From NCBI GenBank assembly GCA_963702405.1, contig CAVPCM010000008.1:218171-282170 (forward strand): 64,000 nt of DNA, in the 5' to 3' direction. Positions 19,067 to 29,065 of the stretch are shown here, in pieces. The position numbers and the translations under genes are program-made. The notes beneath the pieces are model-generated. The model was not told the origin of the DNA and made no database searches. It saw only the letters and a program-made list of their open reading frames with translations. Position 1 is the first letter of the stretch; each line of letters opens with the position of its first letter. The stretch is from an uncultured Actinomycetota bacterium (GTDB lineage: Bacteria; Actinomycetota; UBA4738; HRBIN12).

Positions 19067-20183
19067 ATGAGTGACCACACCGAACGGATCGGGAAGCTCC
19101 GGGACCGCATCCTGGCCGCCAAGGAGTTCCTTTGACGTCGAAGGCAAGCGAGCCCAGCTCGTCGACGTGGAGCGGGACGCGTCCGATCCATCGCTCTGGG
19201 ACGACCCTGCCCGCGGGCAGCAGCTGACCCGGCGCCTCGCGCGTCTGCGTGATCATCTGGACCGCTACGAACGCCTCGAGCGCTCCCTGGGTGACCTGGA
19301 AGCCACCGACGAGCTCCTCGAGGACGAGACCGACCCCGAGCTCACGAAGGAGCTCGAAGCCGGGCTCGAACGGCTCGAGCGAGAGCTGGAGGGGGTGGAG
19401 CTCACGGCGCTCCTTTCGGGGCCGTACGACGACCACGACGCGATCGCCACGCTCCAGGCGGGTGCGGGCGGCACGGAGTCCCAGGACTGGACCGACATGC
19501 TGCTGCGGATGTACGGACGGTGGGCCGAGAAGCTGGGCTTCCGCCTGGAGATCGACGAGATCCACCACGGAGAAGAGGCGGGGATCAAGTCCGCGACGTT
19601 CATGCTGCACGGGACGAACGCCTACGGGCTCCTGTCGGCCGAGCGCGGAGTCCACCGGCTCGTCCGGATCAGCCCGTTCGACTCACAGAAGCGCCGGCAC
19701 ACGTCGTTCGCTGCGCTCGACGTGATCCCGCTCCTCGAGGCCGCCGAGGAGGAGGAGGTCGAGATCCCCGACGAGGACCTGCGGATCGACGTCTTCCGCT
19801 CGTCCGGCCCGGGCGGACAGTCGGTCAATACGACGGATTCCGCCGTGCGGATCACGCACCTGCCCTCGGGGATCGTCGTCGCGTGTCAGAACGAGCGGTC
19901 GCAGCTCCAGAACCGTGCCGTCGCGATGCGGATCCTGAAAGCCCGTCTCGCGGAGCTGGAGCGCCGGAAGCGCGACGAAGAGATGGACGTGTTGCGAGGC
20001 GAGCGCAAGGCCGTGGACTTCGGCTCGCAGATCCGCTCCTACGTCCTCGCCCCGTACCAGATGGTGAAGGATCACCGGACGGAGCTCGAGATGGGCGACC
20101 CATCGCGGGTCCTCGGCGGGGACATCGATCGATTCATCGAGGCCGAGCTCAGGCGTCGGGCGGCGGTGGGCGAGTCGGTCTAG
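19067..20183 (+). CDS. prfB: Peptide chain release factor 2, with programmed +1 ribosomal frameshift
   Basis: Frame 0 runs from ATG 19067 (MSDHTERIGKLRDRILAAKEFL) to an in-frame TGA at 19133. The sequence AAGGAG TTC CTT TGA C is the canonical RF2 shift site. The +1 frame resumes at GAC 19134 (DVEGKRAQL...) and carries SPF and GGQ (SSGPGGQSVNTTDSAVRITH). Confidence 0.92.
19121..19136 (+). promoter_or_regulatory. RF2 autoregulatory +1 frameshift site (internal SD AAGGAG + CTT TGA C)
   Basis: AAGGAGTTCCTTTGAC seen directly. The SD-like element lies 3 nt before the CTT slippery codon, followed by TGA-C. Confidence 0.9.
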
Positions 20184-22575
20184 CGCCGTCACCCGCTCGC
20201 CTGCGCCGTTCGATCGCGAGCGCGACGATCGGCGCCGACAGGAGGACGAGCCAGATACCGGCACCGAGCGCCAGTCCGAGCATCACCGCGTCGTCGTGAT
20301 AGGTGAGGACGACCTCTCGCGCTCCCCGGGGGAGGACGACTCCCTGGAGGAACCCGTCCACCGGGATCGTGGTCGCGACCCGACCGTCCACGACCGCGCG
20401 CCAGCCGGCTTCGTAGGCGTTCCGGATCGTGAGGAAGCCCCCACCCGACTCCGGGACCTGGACCATCAGCTCGGACCCGGAGATCGCCGTCGTGACCGCC
20501 GGCACCGTAGGAGGACACCCGGCACACGTGAAGACGTCCACCGAGGGCTCGATCACCGCCTCTTCCGATGGATCGAACCCGCTCGTCGTGACCTCATCCA
20601 TCGCCGAGGCCAGGTCGTCCACGAACGCCACCATCGAGGTGACGGTCGACAGGGGTTGCGTGTCGTCCAGCTCCCAGAGCGAGTAGCCGTCGGCTTCCTC
20701 GACGACGCGACCGCCGACGGGAGGCTCGATGCCGGTGGGGACGACCAGGTACCGCAACCCGAGCACGCGGACGTCTTCAGGAGACGGCACGTTGATGACC
20801 GAGGCGTTGTAGAAGACCGACAGCTCGTTCGTGCTGCGGATGTAGCGCCAGTAGCGAGGGAGTTGCACGGGGTTGTAGCCGAGGGCATCTGGGATCCCGA
20901 AGAGCGAGCCTCGGCTGGGAGCGAGCGCCGGCCAGTCGAGGGGGGACTTCATCCACAGGTAGCCCTTCTCGTAGAACGCGGCGGGCGGCGCCCAGGTGGC
21001 GTAGCGCCCCGGGTGCCGACGGATGTGTTCGACGATCGGCGTGGCGATCAGGTAGTCGTCCTCGCTCAGCGATGGGAAGCGCAGGACCTGTGGCACGAGC
21101 GCGGGATGCTCGCCGGTCTCCAGTCCGGTGAACACGGTGCCGCCCTCGTACGTCTGCGCGTAGACGGCGCTCGCGACCAGTTCCATCGAGAGCAGGCCGA
21201 CGAGTGCGGTCGCCGACGCCCACCGCCAGCGTCGCGTCGCGAACCCGAACAGCACCGGCGCCGCTACCAGCAGCGCCACGGCGAACATCCCGAACCGAAC
21301 GGCGCTGCCACCGGCGCCGAGCGGCCAGAGGAAGAACACGGAGACGGCGGCTCCGAGCCAGGCGATCCCGCCGCGGCGCGAGAGCGGTCGTTCCACAAGC
21401 CCCTGCAGTCCGGCGGCGGCCAGGATCGGCAGCGCCAGGACGACCACGTACCGGAGGCGGCCCGGATTGTGGAGATAGACGTCCCCGAAGGGGATCTCGA
21501 GCATGAGCGAGCGGAACCACCCGGACCCGACCAGGAACGAGGAGGTCAGCACGTAGGCGACGAGCGCGAGCCCTCCCACCGCGATCACGAGCGCCCGGAG
21601 ACGGGACGCGCGAACCGCCACGAGGACGCATGCCAGCGCCACCGCGCCCGCGTAGGCGCCCGGCGCCGAGGCGAACCCCAACGGCCATGCCGCCCAGACG
21701 CCGTCCGAACCGAGCGGATCGCCGACCTCCGACTGCCCCGCATCGCCGAGCGCGCCGTAGCCGCCCTGCAGGCTGGATCCACCAAGGAGGTCGACGTGCG
21801 GCACGAGGATCGGTAGAGCGGCGAGGGGCAGCACGACGAGGAACAACGCCACCGGCCCGACGACGGATCGCGCGCTCGTCCGTGCGACGCGGGCGTCGGC
21901 GACGGCTCCGGCAACCAGGTAGGCGGTCGCGAACGCCGTCGCGATCACGAGCCCGTGACTCATGTGCGCGGCAGCCACCTGGCTCCACGCGAAGCCGCCG
22001 AGCGCCAGCCACGCGAGCCGCCCGGACCATCGTTGGCTCCGGCGGGAGCCGGCCGCGGCGACCAGGAGGACTGTCGTCCACGCGAGCGCGCCGGCGAACG
22101 GCAGCGAGATCGCGATCGTGGAGGTCGACACCGTCATCGCGAGGACGAGTCCACCGGCCGTCGCGGCGATCCGACCGATCGACTCCATCCGCAGGAACGC
22201 GAAGAGTCCCAGCCCGGCGAGGAGCGGGTTGAAGACGATGAACGAGCGGAGGGCGAGCCCGGGCGACAGCGTCGAGAACAGGAGCATGGGTGGCGCGTAC
22301 AGCCACCCGCTCTGCGGGTCGGCGGCGAAGCGGTATCCCGCCATCTCGTACGGGTTCCAGATCGGGATCCGGCCGGCGGCGATGGAGTCTCCGAGGAACG
22401 ACCAGCGCGGGAGCCAGAACGTGAGGAGGTCCGGATGCTGGTTGGTGAGAGCGCCGCCGACGACGAAACCTCGAAGCGCGAAGAGGACGGACACGACGAT
22501 CAGGGCGGGTCCGAGCCAGACGGCCGCGCGCCGCGCCCCGCGTGACGCGAGCCGGCTCGCATCCGCGGCGTCCAC
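20149..22575 (-). CDS. Large polytopic membrane protein, YfhO-like (putative envelope glycosyltransferase)
   Basis: 808 aa. N-terminus [49 protein letters not shown] resembles the YfhO family. More than 12 TM segments, a large extracytoplasmic domain and a C-terminal TM. The 3' end overlaps prfB convergently by 35 bp. Confidence 0.65.
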   Translation of the reverse strand: MDAADASRLASRGARRAAVWLGPALIVVSVLFALRGFVVGGALTNQHPDLLTFWLPRWSFLGDSIAAGRIPIWNPYEMAGYRFAADPQSGWLYAPPMLLFSTLSPGLALRSFIVFNPLLAGLGLFAFLRMESIGRIAATAGGLVLAMTVSTSTIAISLPFAGALAWTTVLLVAAAGSRRSQRWSGRLAWLALGGFAWSQVAAAHMSHGLVIATAFATAYLVAGAVADARVARTSARSVVGPVALFLVVLPLAALPILVPHVDLLGGSSLQGGYGALGDAGQSEVGDPLGSDGVWAAWPLGFASAPGAYAGAVALACVLVAVRASRLRALVIAVGGLALVAYVLTSSFLVGSGWFRSLMLEIPFGDVYLHNPGRLRYVVVLALPILAAAGLQGLVERPLSRRGGIAWLGAAVSVFFLWPLGAGGSAVRFGMFAVALLVAAPVLFGFATRRWRWASATALVGLLSMELVASAVYAQTYEGGTVFTGLETGEHPALVPQVLRFPSLSEDDYLIATPIVEHIRRHPGRYATWAPPAAFYEKGYLWMKSPLDWPALAPSRGSLFGIPDALGYNPVQLPRYWRYIRSTNELSVFYNASVINVPSPEDVRVLGLRYLVVPTGIEPPVGGRVVEEADGYSLWELDDTQPLSTVTSMVAFVDDLASAMDEVTTSGFDPSEEAVIEPSVDVFTCAGCPPTVPAVTTAISGSELMVQVPESGGGFLTIRNAYEAGWRAVVDGRVATTIPVDGFLQGVVLPRGAREVVLTYHDDAVMLGLALGAGIWLVLLSAPIVALAIERRRRAGDGARPTRPPPPDA

Positions 22576-22662
22576 GGAGGAAGCCTACGGCACCTTCACC
22601 GCTCTCGCGGAAGACCTCTGGTAGGGTGGGCCGATCCCATCTCCCCTCGCATTCAACACGCC

Positions 22663-23340
22663 ATGATCAGCCTTCAACGCGTCACCAAGACCTACCGGAA
22701 CGGCGTCACCGCCCTGGAAGACGTCTCGGTCGAGATCGACAAGGGCGAATTCGTCTTCGTCGTGGGCCCGTCCGGCTCCGGGAAATCGACGATGATCCGC
22801 CTCCTCCTGAAGCAGGAGGAGGCCTCACGTGGCGACGTGTTCGTCGCCGGCAAGAACCTCTCGAGGATCACGTCGTTCAAGGTGCCCCACCTGCGGCGGA
22901 ACATCGGCACGGTCTTCCAGGACTACAAGCTCCTGCAAGACAAGACCGTGTTCGAGAACGTCTCGTTCGCTCTCGAGGTGATCGGGAAGGCGAAACACGT
23001 GATCGACCAGCGCGTTCCGGAGATCCTCGAGTACGTCGGGCTGGGCGACAAGCTGAACGCGTATCCGGACGAGCTCTCCGGCGGCGAGCAGCAGCGTGTC
23101 TCGATCGCGCGGGCGTGTGTGAACCGACCGCTCGTGCTGCTCGCCGACGAGCCCACCGGGAACCTGGACCCCAATACCTCCGTCGACATCATGCGGCTCC
23201 TCGACAAGGTCAACCGCATCGGCACCACGATCCTGATGGCGACGCACGATCAGGCGATCGTGGACGCGATGCGGAAGCGCGTGATCGAGCTGGAGAAGGG
23301 CAAGGTCGTCCGCGATCAATCCCGAGGCGTCTACAGCTGA
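22663..23340 (+). CDS. ftsE: Cell division ATP-binding protein FtsE
   Basis: Walker [10 protein letters not shown], signature [14 protein letters not shown] and Walker [12 protein letters not shown]. Followed by ftsX. Confidence 0.95.
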   Translation: MISLQRVTKTYRNGVTALEDVSVEIDKGEFVFVVGPSGSGKSTMIRLLLKQEEASRGDVFVAGKNLSRITSFKVPHLRRNIGTVFQDYKLLQDKTVFENVSFALEVIGKAKHVIDQRVPEILEYVGLGDKLNAYPDELSGGEQQRVSIARACVNRPLVLLADEPTGNLDPNTSVDIMRLLDKVNRIGTTILMATHDQAIVDAMRKRVIELEKGKVVRDQSRGVYS

Positions 23341-24266
23341 TGGCGCCTCGCCTCGAATCCTTCTTCCGGGAGACCGCGTCGGGTCTGCGGCGCAACGGCG
23401 TCGTCGCGTTCGCGGCGATGTCCACGTCGTTCATCGCGTTGTTCCTCTTCGGCCTGTCCCTCCTGATCGCCCGGGAGTTCGAGCTCGTGACCCGCGTGCT
23501 GACGGGGAACGTCGAGGTCCAGGTCTACCTCACCGACCCCGTCAACGAGGGAACCGTCGGGCGGCTCACGGAGAAGCTGCAACAGGTGCCCGCCGTGGCC
23601 GACGTCGCGTTCTGGGACAAGGAACGCTCGTGCCAGGAGTTCCAGCGGCTCTTCGAGGGCCAAGAGGTCTTCCTGGAGAACGTGGACTGCATGGAGGTGA
23701 TCCCGACCTCGCTGCGGGTGAACCTCTCGGCGGTGACGGACTTCGAGCAGATCACGGCCTCGCTGGGCTGCCAGGTGGTCGTGGACGACGAGGGAGACCA
23801 GCACCAGGAATGCACCGAGCCCGGCGTCCGGAACGTCGCCGACTACCAGAAGCTCCTCGATCGCCTCGATGCCCTGACGCGGGTGCTGTCGCTCAGCGTC
23901 TTCGGCATCGCGGTGATCATGCTCGCGTCGGCGATCGGGTTGGTCGCGAACACGCTTCGGATGGGGATGTTCGCCCGGCGCAAGGAGATCGGCATCATGC
24001 GACTCGTCGGGGCGACGAACTGGCGGATCCGCGTCCCGTTCCTGATCGAGGGTCTCGTCGAATCGATGCTCGGAGCGGCGGCCGCGATCGCGGGCCTGTT
24101 CCTCGTGAAGGTCTTCGTCGTGGACAACCTGCGAGGCACGGCTCCGTGGCTCCCGCTGATCAAGAACAGCGACGTCGTGGTCATCACGCCGTGGATCCTC
24201 GTCGCGGCGGCGCTCGTGGCGATCATCGCGGGCACGATCGGGATGCGCCGATTCCTCGACGTCTGA
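23340..24266 (+). CDS. ftsX: Cell division permease-like protein FtsX
   Basis: ATG overlaps the ftsE TGA by 1 nt. N-terminus FFRETASGLRRNGVVAFAAMST, an extracellular domain, then three C-terminal TMs containing the motif EIGIMRLVGATNWRIRVPF. Confidence 0.9.
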   Translation: MAPRLESFFRETASGLRRNGVVAFAAMSTSFIALFLFGLSLLIAREFELVTRVLTGNVEVQVYLTDPVNEGTVGRLTEKLQQVPAVADVAFWDKERSCQEFQRLFEGQEVFLENVDCMEVIPTSLRVNLSAVTDFEQITASLGCQVVVDDEGDQHQECTEPGVRNVADYQKLLDRLDALTRVLSLSVFGIAVIMLASAIGLVANTLRMGMFARRKEIGIMRLVGATNWRIRVPFLIEGLVESMLGAAAAIAGLFLVKVFVVDNLRGTAPWLPLIKNSDVVVITPWILVAAALVAIIAGTIGMRRFLDV

Positions 24267-24275
24267 GGCCGCCTG

Positions 24276-24746
24276 ATGGGTCGTAAGGATCGTGAGGGCG
24301 AGCAGACCGTCGCGTCCAATCGCAAGGCACGCCACGACTACACGATCCTCGAGACGTTCGAGACGGGCATCGTGCTGACGGGGGGCGAGGTGAAGTCGCT
24401 TCGGGGAGGACGCGCTTCACTGGCGGAGGCGTTCGCGCGCGTGCGCGGCGGGGAAGCGTGGCTGGAAGGGATGCACATCCCACCCTACGAGGCGGGAGAC
24501 AAGAAAGCGCACCTTCCCGTGCGCCCACGGAAGCTCCTGCTCCATCGACAGGAGATCGCGAAGCTGATGGACGCCCAGCAGCAGGATCGTCTTTCGCTCG
24601 TTCCCCTCCGCGTGTACTTCACCCACGGGCTGGCGAAGGTGGAGCTGGCGCTCGCGCGCGGTCGACGAAGCCATGAGAAGCGTCAGGCGATCGCGGAGCG
24701 CGAGCATCAGCGGGAGATCCAGCAGGAGCTGGGTCGCCGCCGATAG
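24276..24746 (+). CDS. smpB: SsrA-binding protein SmpB
   Basis: NRKARHDYTILETFETGIVLTGGEVKSLR...LLLHRQEIAKL...PLRVYFTHGLAKVELALARGRRSHEKRQ is the canonical SmpB pattern. Confidence 0.95.
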   Translation: MGRKDREGEQTVASNRKARHDYTILETFETGIVLTGGEVKSLRGGRASLAEAFARVRGGEAWLEGMHIPPYEAGDKKAHLPVRPRKLLLHRQEIAKLMDAQQQDRLSLVPLRVYFTHGLAKVELALARGRRSHEKRQAIAEREHQREIQQELGRRR

Positions 24747-24782
24747 ATTGGGGAGCGGCGGAGAGCGCCGACCGACGAGAGG

Positions 24783-25370
24783 ATGGGTTGGATGCGGAAG
24801 CGGATGGCGATCGTGCTGGTACCTCTGGGGATCCTGTTGGCTGGTGCGTGCTCGGGATCCGACGGAGCGTCGAACGGCGGAGCGGACCCGGAGACCGTGT
24901 CGGCCGAGGCGTACGCGACGGGTGTGTGCGGAGCCATCGCGGACTGGGTCGACGAGATCCAGGGGCTGAACGAGGACCTGCAAGCGAACCTCGATCCATC
25001 GAGCATCGATGCGCTGAAGGACACGATGGTCACGTTCCTCGACGACGTGATCGCCTCGACGGACACGGTGATCGCCGATGTGGAAGACGTCGGGATCCCG
25101 GACGTCGACGACGGCGATGCCGCGGCCCAACATCTGCTCACGGGGCTCCGCGACTCTCGAGGCGTGTTCGAGAACGCGCGCGATCGTGTCGAGGCGATGC
25201 CGACGGACGACCCGGCGGCGTTCGGCGAGGAGCTCCAGACGGTCGGGACCGACATCCAGACCTCGATGTCCACGATCGGCGAGGATCTCGGCCGGTTCGA
25301 GTCACCGGTGCTCGACGAGGTGTCGAAGGACATCCCGGAGTGCGAAGCGGTGGCCGCCTCGGCGGCGTAG
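24783..25370 (+). CDS. Lipoprotein of unknown function
   Basis: Signal peptide with lipobox LLAGAC-SG. Acidic, probably helical mature region. No family recognised. Confidence 0.6.
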   Translation: MGWMRKRMAIVLVPLGILLAGACSGSDGASNGGADPETVSAEAYATGVCGAIADWVDEIQGLNEDLQANLDPSSIDALKDTMVTFLDDVIASTDTVIADVEDVGIPDVDDGDAAAQHLLTGLRDSRGVFENARDRVEAMPTDDPAAFGEELQTVGTDIQTSMSTIGEDLGRFESPVLDEVSKDIPECEAVAASAA

Positions 25371-25400
25371 GCGCCCGTCAGGGTGTGCCACCGACGCTCG

Positions 25401-25406
25401 TATACT
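25401..25406 (+). promoter_or_regulatory. Candidate -10 element (TATACT) upstream of ssrA
   Basis: TATACT lies 18 nt upstream of the predicted mature tmRNA 5' end, in a locally AT-richer stretch. Confidence 0.45.
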
Positions 25407-25424
25407 GGGCACACAACTACATAT

Positions 25425-25773
25425 GGGGGTGTACTGGCTTCGAGCAGGGCGTGTATCGCCTGGGAGAAGCGGGCCGAGATCTCCGGAGTCTCGAAAAACG
25501 CCGGAACCAACACAAGCGCCAACGATGAGTACGCGCTCGCTGCCTAGTCACTAGGTAGCTGTCCGTCCGGGAGGGCCTGCGGCCCGGACAGGGCATCGTA
25601 AGCAGGACTCACCGAGGGGGCTCCGCCCGGGGGCCCCCGAGGGACATCGCACCCGGGCTGGCCGAGGGGTCCTCCGCCGGTGGGAGCCCCGAGGCGAGAT
25701 CTTCCCACCGGCTGCGCCCGGAGAAGTCCCAGACGGTCGCCCTGCGACGCGGGTTCGAATCCCGCCACCTCCA
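25425..25773 (+). ncRNA. ssrA: Transfer-messenger RNA (tmRNA)
   Basis: 5' GGGGGUG pairs with 3' CACCUCC, including the G3:U pair required for alanylation. T-arm is GGGTTCGAATCCC, with discriminator A. The internal tag frame ends ...ANDEYALAA-TAG (stop at 25545-25547). It lies downstream of smpB. Confidence 0.9.
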
Positions 25774-25799
25774 CGATATCCGTTGTGCCGCAGACTCGA

Positions 25800-25827
25800 C
25801 GAAGGCCCTCCTTCCGGAGGGCCTTCG
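25800..25827 (+). terminator. Intrinsic terminator-like hairpin after ssrA
   Basis: 12-bp perfect stem CGAAGGCCCTCC-ttcc-GGAGGGCCTTCG followed by TTCGTT. Confidence 0.6.
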
Positions 25828-25868
25828 TTCGTTAGGCTCCGGCCATCACGGCTTGGGAGGAACCGTCG

Positions 25869-26264
25869 ATGATCGGTTGGGTCGGAGACATCGAACGCCT
25901 GACGCTCGACAACGACACGTTCCGGACGGTGCTGTTCACGGGCGCACACGCGCAGCTCACCGTGATGCGACTCGCCCCGGGCGAGGACATCGGCAGGGAG
26001 GTGCACCCGGACCGCGACCAGTTCATCCGGATCGAGGAGGGACAGGCTCGCGTCGAGTTCGGCCGGGACGAGGACGGGGTCGATGAGTCGCACGACGTCT
26101 CCGACGATTGGGCGATCGTGATCCCGAGCGGGACCTGGCACAACGTGATCAACACGGGCCAGGGTGAGCTGAAGCTGTACTCGCTCTACTCGCCGCCGGA
26201 ACATCCCGACGGTACGGTCCATCGCACGAAGCCGGACGCCGAGGCGGCCGAGCACGCCGGGTGA
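25869..26264 (+). CDS. Cupin domain protein
   Basis: Cupin motifs [21 protein letters not shown] and [19 protein letters not shown] Shine-Dalgarno upstream. 131 aa. Confidence 0.75.
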   Translation: MIGWVGDIERLTLDNDTFRTVLFTGAHAQLTVMRLAPGEDIGREVHPDRDQFIRIEEGQARVEFGRDEDGVDESHDVSDDWAIVIPSGTWHNVINTGQGELKLYSLYSPPEHPDGTVHRTKPDAEAAEHAG

Positions 26265-27435
26265 GCCCGGCCGAACCTCGTTCGATCTCGCTCCAACGGG
26301 CGCGGCGCCTGGCTGTGACCGCGCAACTGTTGTCGGCGCCGCGGCCGAGGTCGGTCCTCGAAGTCGTCGAGCGTCTGGGCAGCGTGCAGATGGACCCGAC
26401 GCGGACGGTAGCGCGGACCGAGCACCTCGTCCTCTGGTCAAGGCTCGGGCGCCGGTTCCGGGTCGCAGGAGCTCGAGCGGCTCCTGTGGCGGGATCGGTC
26501 GCTGTTCGAGTACCGGGCGTTCATCCTCCCGACCTCGCAGTTCACCGTGCATCGGGAGACGATGCGGCGCTACCCAGGGCCCAGCGGCGGGCGTCACGCG
26601 TACGTCCGCAGGTACCTCCGCGAGAACCCGCGGTTCCGCCGGTACGTCTTGCAGCGGCTGCGCGACGAGGGGCCCCTGCCCACCCGGGCATTCGAGGATC
26701 GCTCCGCGGTCGGCTGGCGGACCGGTGGGTGGAACGACAACGGCAGGAACACCTCGATGATGCTCGAGGTCCTGTGGGCCAAGGGAGAGGTCATGATCGC
26801 GGGCAGGGCCGGCCAGGAGCGGGTCTGGGATCTCGCGACGAGGAGCCTCCCGTTCGACGAACCCCGGCCGAGCACGGGAGAGGAGGCCCGGAGTCTCCTC
26901 GACGTGCAGCTGCGGGCCCTCGGCATCTCCAAGGTCAACCGGTTCGGGTGGACGTTCGCGGGCGAACGACCCCCGGGGTGGGAGCGGGCATTGGCGCAGC
27001 TCGAGCGGGAGGGGAGAGCCGTCCGCGTGACCGTGGACGGGGTCCCGGGGGAGCGGTGGGCGCATCGCGGAGGTCCTCGATCGCTCGTTCCGAGGCCGGA
27101 CGGTCCTGCTGTCGCCGTTCGACCGATTGATCCACGACCGGGTCCGCGCCGAGGAGCTGTTCGGGTTCCGGTTCCGGCTGGAGATCTACGTCCCGAAGGC
27201 GAAGCGCGAGTTCGGCTACTTCGTCTTCCCGATCCTCCACGGCGACCGCCTCGTCGGGCGCCTCGATCCGGTGCACGACCGTGCCGCGAACATGCTGCGG
27301 GTACAGGGCGTGTTCGCGGAGGAGGACGCGCCGCCCGACGTCTGGCCCGCGATCCGGAACCAGCTCGACGAGCTCGCTTCATGGGTCGGCGCCGACGGCG
27401 TGGAGCTGCCCGCGCTTCCTCGCGTGTGGCGTTAG
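26261..27435 (+). pseudogene. YcaQ/AlkZ-like winged-helix DNA glycosylase family gene, split over three frames by two frameshifts
   Basis: Family-like sequence continues across frames. Frame A: ...[24 protein letters not shown]. Frame A+1: [21 protein letters not shown]...[11 protein letters not shown]...GVPGERW. Frame A+2: [58 protein letters not shown]. The shifts map to GGG runs near 26460 and 27058. Confidence 0.7.
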
Positions 27436-27815
27436 GGCACGAACGCGAGGTGGTCGCCGTCGCGGATCGACGCGTAGCCGTACCGGGACGCCACGAACAC
27501 CGCGGTGGCGACGCCGTAGAGGGCCTCCGCCACCAGCGCGCCGATCGCGACGATCTCGTCGGCTTCCCCGAGGATGACCCCGGTGGGGCCCGTCCCCAGC
27601 CGGATCGACTCCGCGAGCACGGTGGCGCTCGAGGACGAGCCGCGTCCCGACGGCATCACGAGGACCCGACCCGTGACGACCTCACCCCGTTGCGGATGGT
27701 TCGCCTCGACGATCTCGCCCGTCACGGGATCGAGTCCACCCCAGAAGCTCAGCGGCTCGGCGAGGACGAGCGCGGTCCCGTCGACGGGCCCCTCGACGAG
27801 GAATCGACCGTCCAT
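27432..27815 (-). CDS. Aconitase X swivel-domain subunit (DUF126)
   Basis: 127 aa: LSFWGGLDPVTGEIVEANHPQRGEVVTGRVLVMPSGRGSSSSATVLAE..GTGPTGVIL. ATGA overlap with the large subunit. Confidence 0.8.
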   Translation of the reverse strand: MDGRFLVEGPVDGTALVLAEPLSFWGGLDPVTGEIVEANHPQRGEVVTGRVLVMPSGRGSSSSATVLAESIRLGTGPTGVILGEADEIVAIGALVAEALYGVATAVFVASRYGYASIRDGDHLAFVP

Positions 27816-29065
27816 CAGCCGGCCCAGATCGCCTCGTCGCGGGTCACGACGCCGGCTGCAGCCGACCGAACGCAGTCCTCGAGGCTGCCGAGGACGACGT
27901 CGACGCCGAGGTTGCTGGGCGCGTACCACGCCCACTTGCCGGAGTCGGTCATGACGGGGGCGGCGACCTCGCGGAGCACCGGCGTGATGTACGTGCAGGT
28001 ATCGGTCACGACGGTGACGCCGGCGTCGGCGAGCTCGCCGGCGATCTCGCCGATCGCGGCGAGCTGCGCACGGCCCGTATTCACGTAGAAGGGGACACGC
28101 AGACGAGCCTGGGTCACGAGCTCCGCGAGCCGGCGAAGCTCGGATTCGGACGCGTGGGGCGTTCCCACGCTCACGGCGCCGATCTCCGCGTCGTCCGGCA
28201 CCCGTGAGAGTTCGTCGCGCGCGGCGCGGAGATCGGGGAGGGTGACCACCTCCTCGCGGGCTCCGAGCCCGGCCACGGCGTCCCACGTCGGCGCCTCCGG
28301 CGTGATGCCGATCGCGTGGAACAGGGCGACCGACCCGGAGCTCGCAGCCGCGGCGCCGATCGCCTTCAGGCGGTCCTCCGAGGTCGTCGGGGGCAGGCCG
28401 TCGATCGCTGCCACCTCGGTTCCGGCCCGGCGGCCGAGGAGATGGCCGAGGACGGGGTACAGGAGGTCCTGATCGAGGACCCGGTCGGAGACGCCGTGCA
28501 GCCCGAGGCGCACGGTGGCGCGCCGACCCTCGTCGGTGTGCAAGCCGTGGTCCGGCACGCGGCCGGTGACCGCCGCGCAGAGGTCGATGAAATCGCCGTA
28601 GCGGTTCGTCCTCGCCCCGAGGACCGAGTTCGCGAACACGATCGCGTTCGACTCCGCCCACGCCACGTGCTCCCCCTGCGCCGGCCGATCGGGGAGCTGG
28701 TAGGGGGCGCACGTCCACGTCGGGCGACAGCCCATCGCCACGTACGCGTCCATCAGTCGCTTCGACCGCCCGCGCGTCTCGTCGTCGAGCAGGACGAGCT
28801 CCGGGTGGAGGAGGTCGAGCGAGCTGACGTTCAGCGTGGAGGGCACGGTGACGGACGCCCCGCCCGCGAGGAGCCGTTCGGCGAAGTCCAGCCCGACCTG
28901 CCCGTGGTACAGGCAGGAATCGATGTGCGCCCTCGTCACGTCTCGCAGCTGCGACGCTCGGGCGACCTCCGCCATCCTGACCACGAGCCGCATCGCGAGC
29001 GCCGCGCCTTCGCCCGCCTCACCCTCGAGGAGCGCGCGGTCCCGGTCCTCGAGCTGGACCGTCAT
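27815..29065 (-). CDS. Aconitase X catalytic subunit (DUF521)
   Basis: LLEGEAGEGAALAMRLVVRMAE...HIDSCLYHG...WTCAPYQ...AWAESNAIVFANSVLGARTNRYGDFIDLCAAVTGRVP is typical of the AcnX large subunit. Confidence 0.8.
   Translation of the reverse strand: MTVQLEDRDRALLEGEAGEGAALAMRLVVRMAEVARASQLRDVTRAHIDSCLYHGQVGLDFAERLLAGGASVTVPSTLNVSSLDLLHPELVLLDDETRGRSKRLMDAYVAMGCRPTWTCAPYQLPDRPAQGEHVAWAESNAIVFANSVLGARTNRYGDFIDLCAAVTGRVPDHGLHTDEGRRATVRLGLHGVSDRVLDQDLLYPVLGHLLGRRAGTEVAAIDGLPPTTSEDRLKAIGAAAASSGSVALFHAIGITPEAPTWDAVAGLGAREEVVTLPDLRAARDELSRVPDDAEIGAVSVGTPHASESELRRLAELVTQARLRVPFYVNTGRAQLAAIGEIAGELADAGVTVVTDTCTYITPVLREVAAPVMTDSGKWAWYAPSNLGVDVVLGSLEDCVRSAAAGVVTRDEAIWAG

Noticed and set aside
25774-27435. 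Genomic island or integrase at the tmRNA 3' end, a common integration hotspot
   Set aside because: There is no integrase, no direct repeat of the ssrA 3' end, and no compositional shift. The neighbours are a cupin and a frameshifted glycosylase gene.
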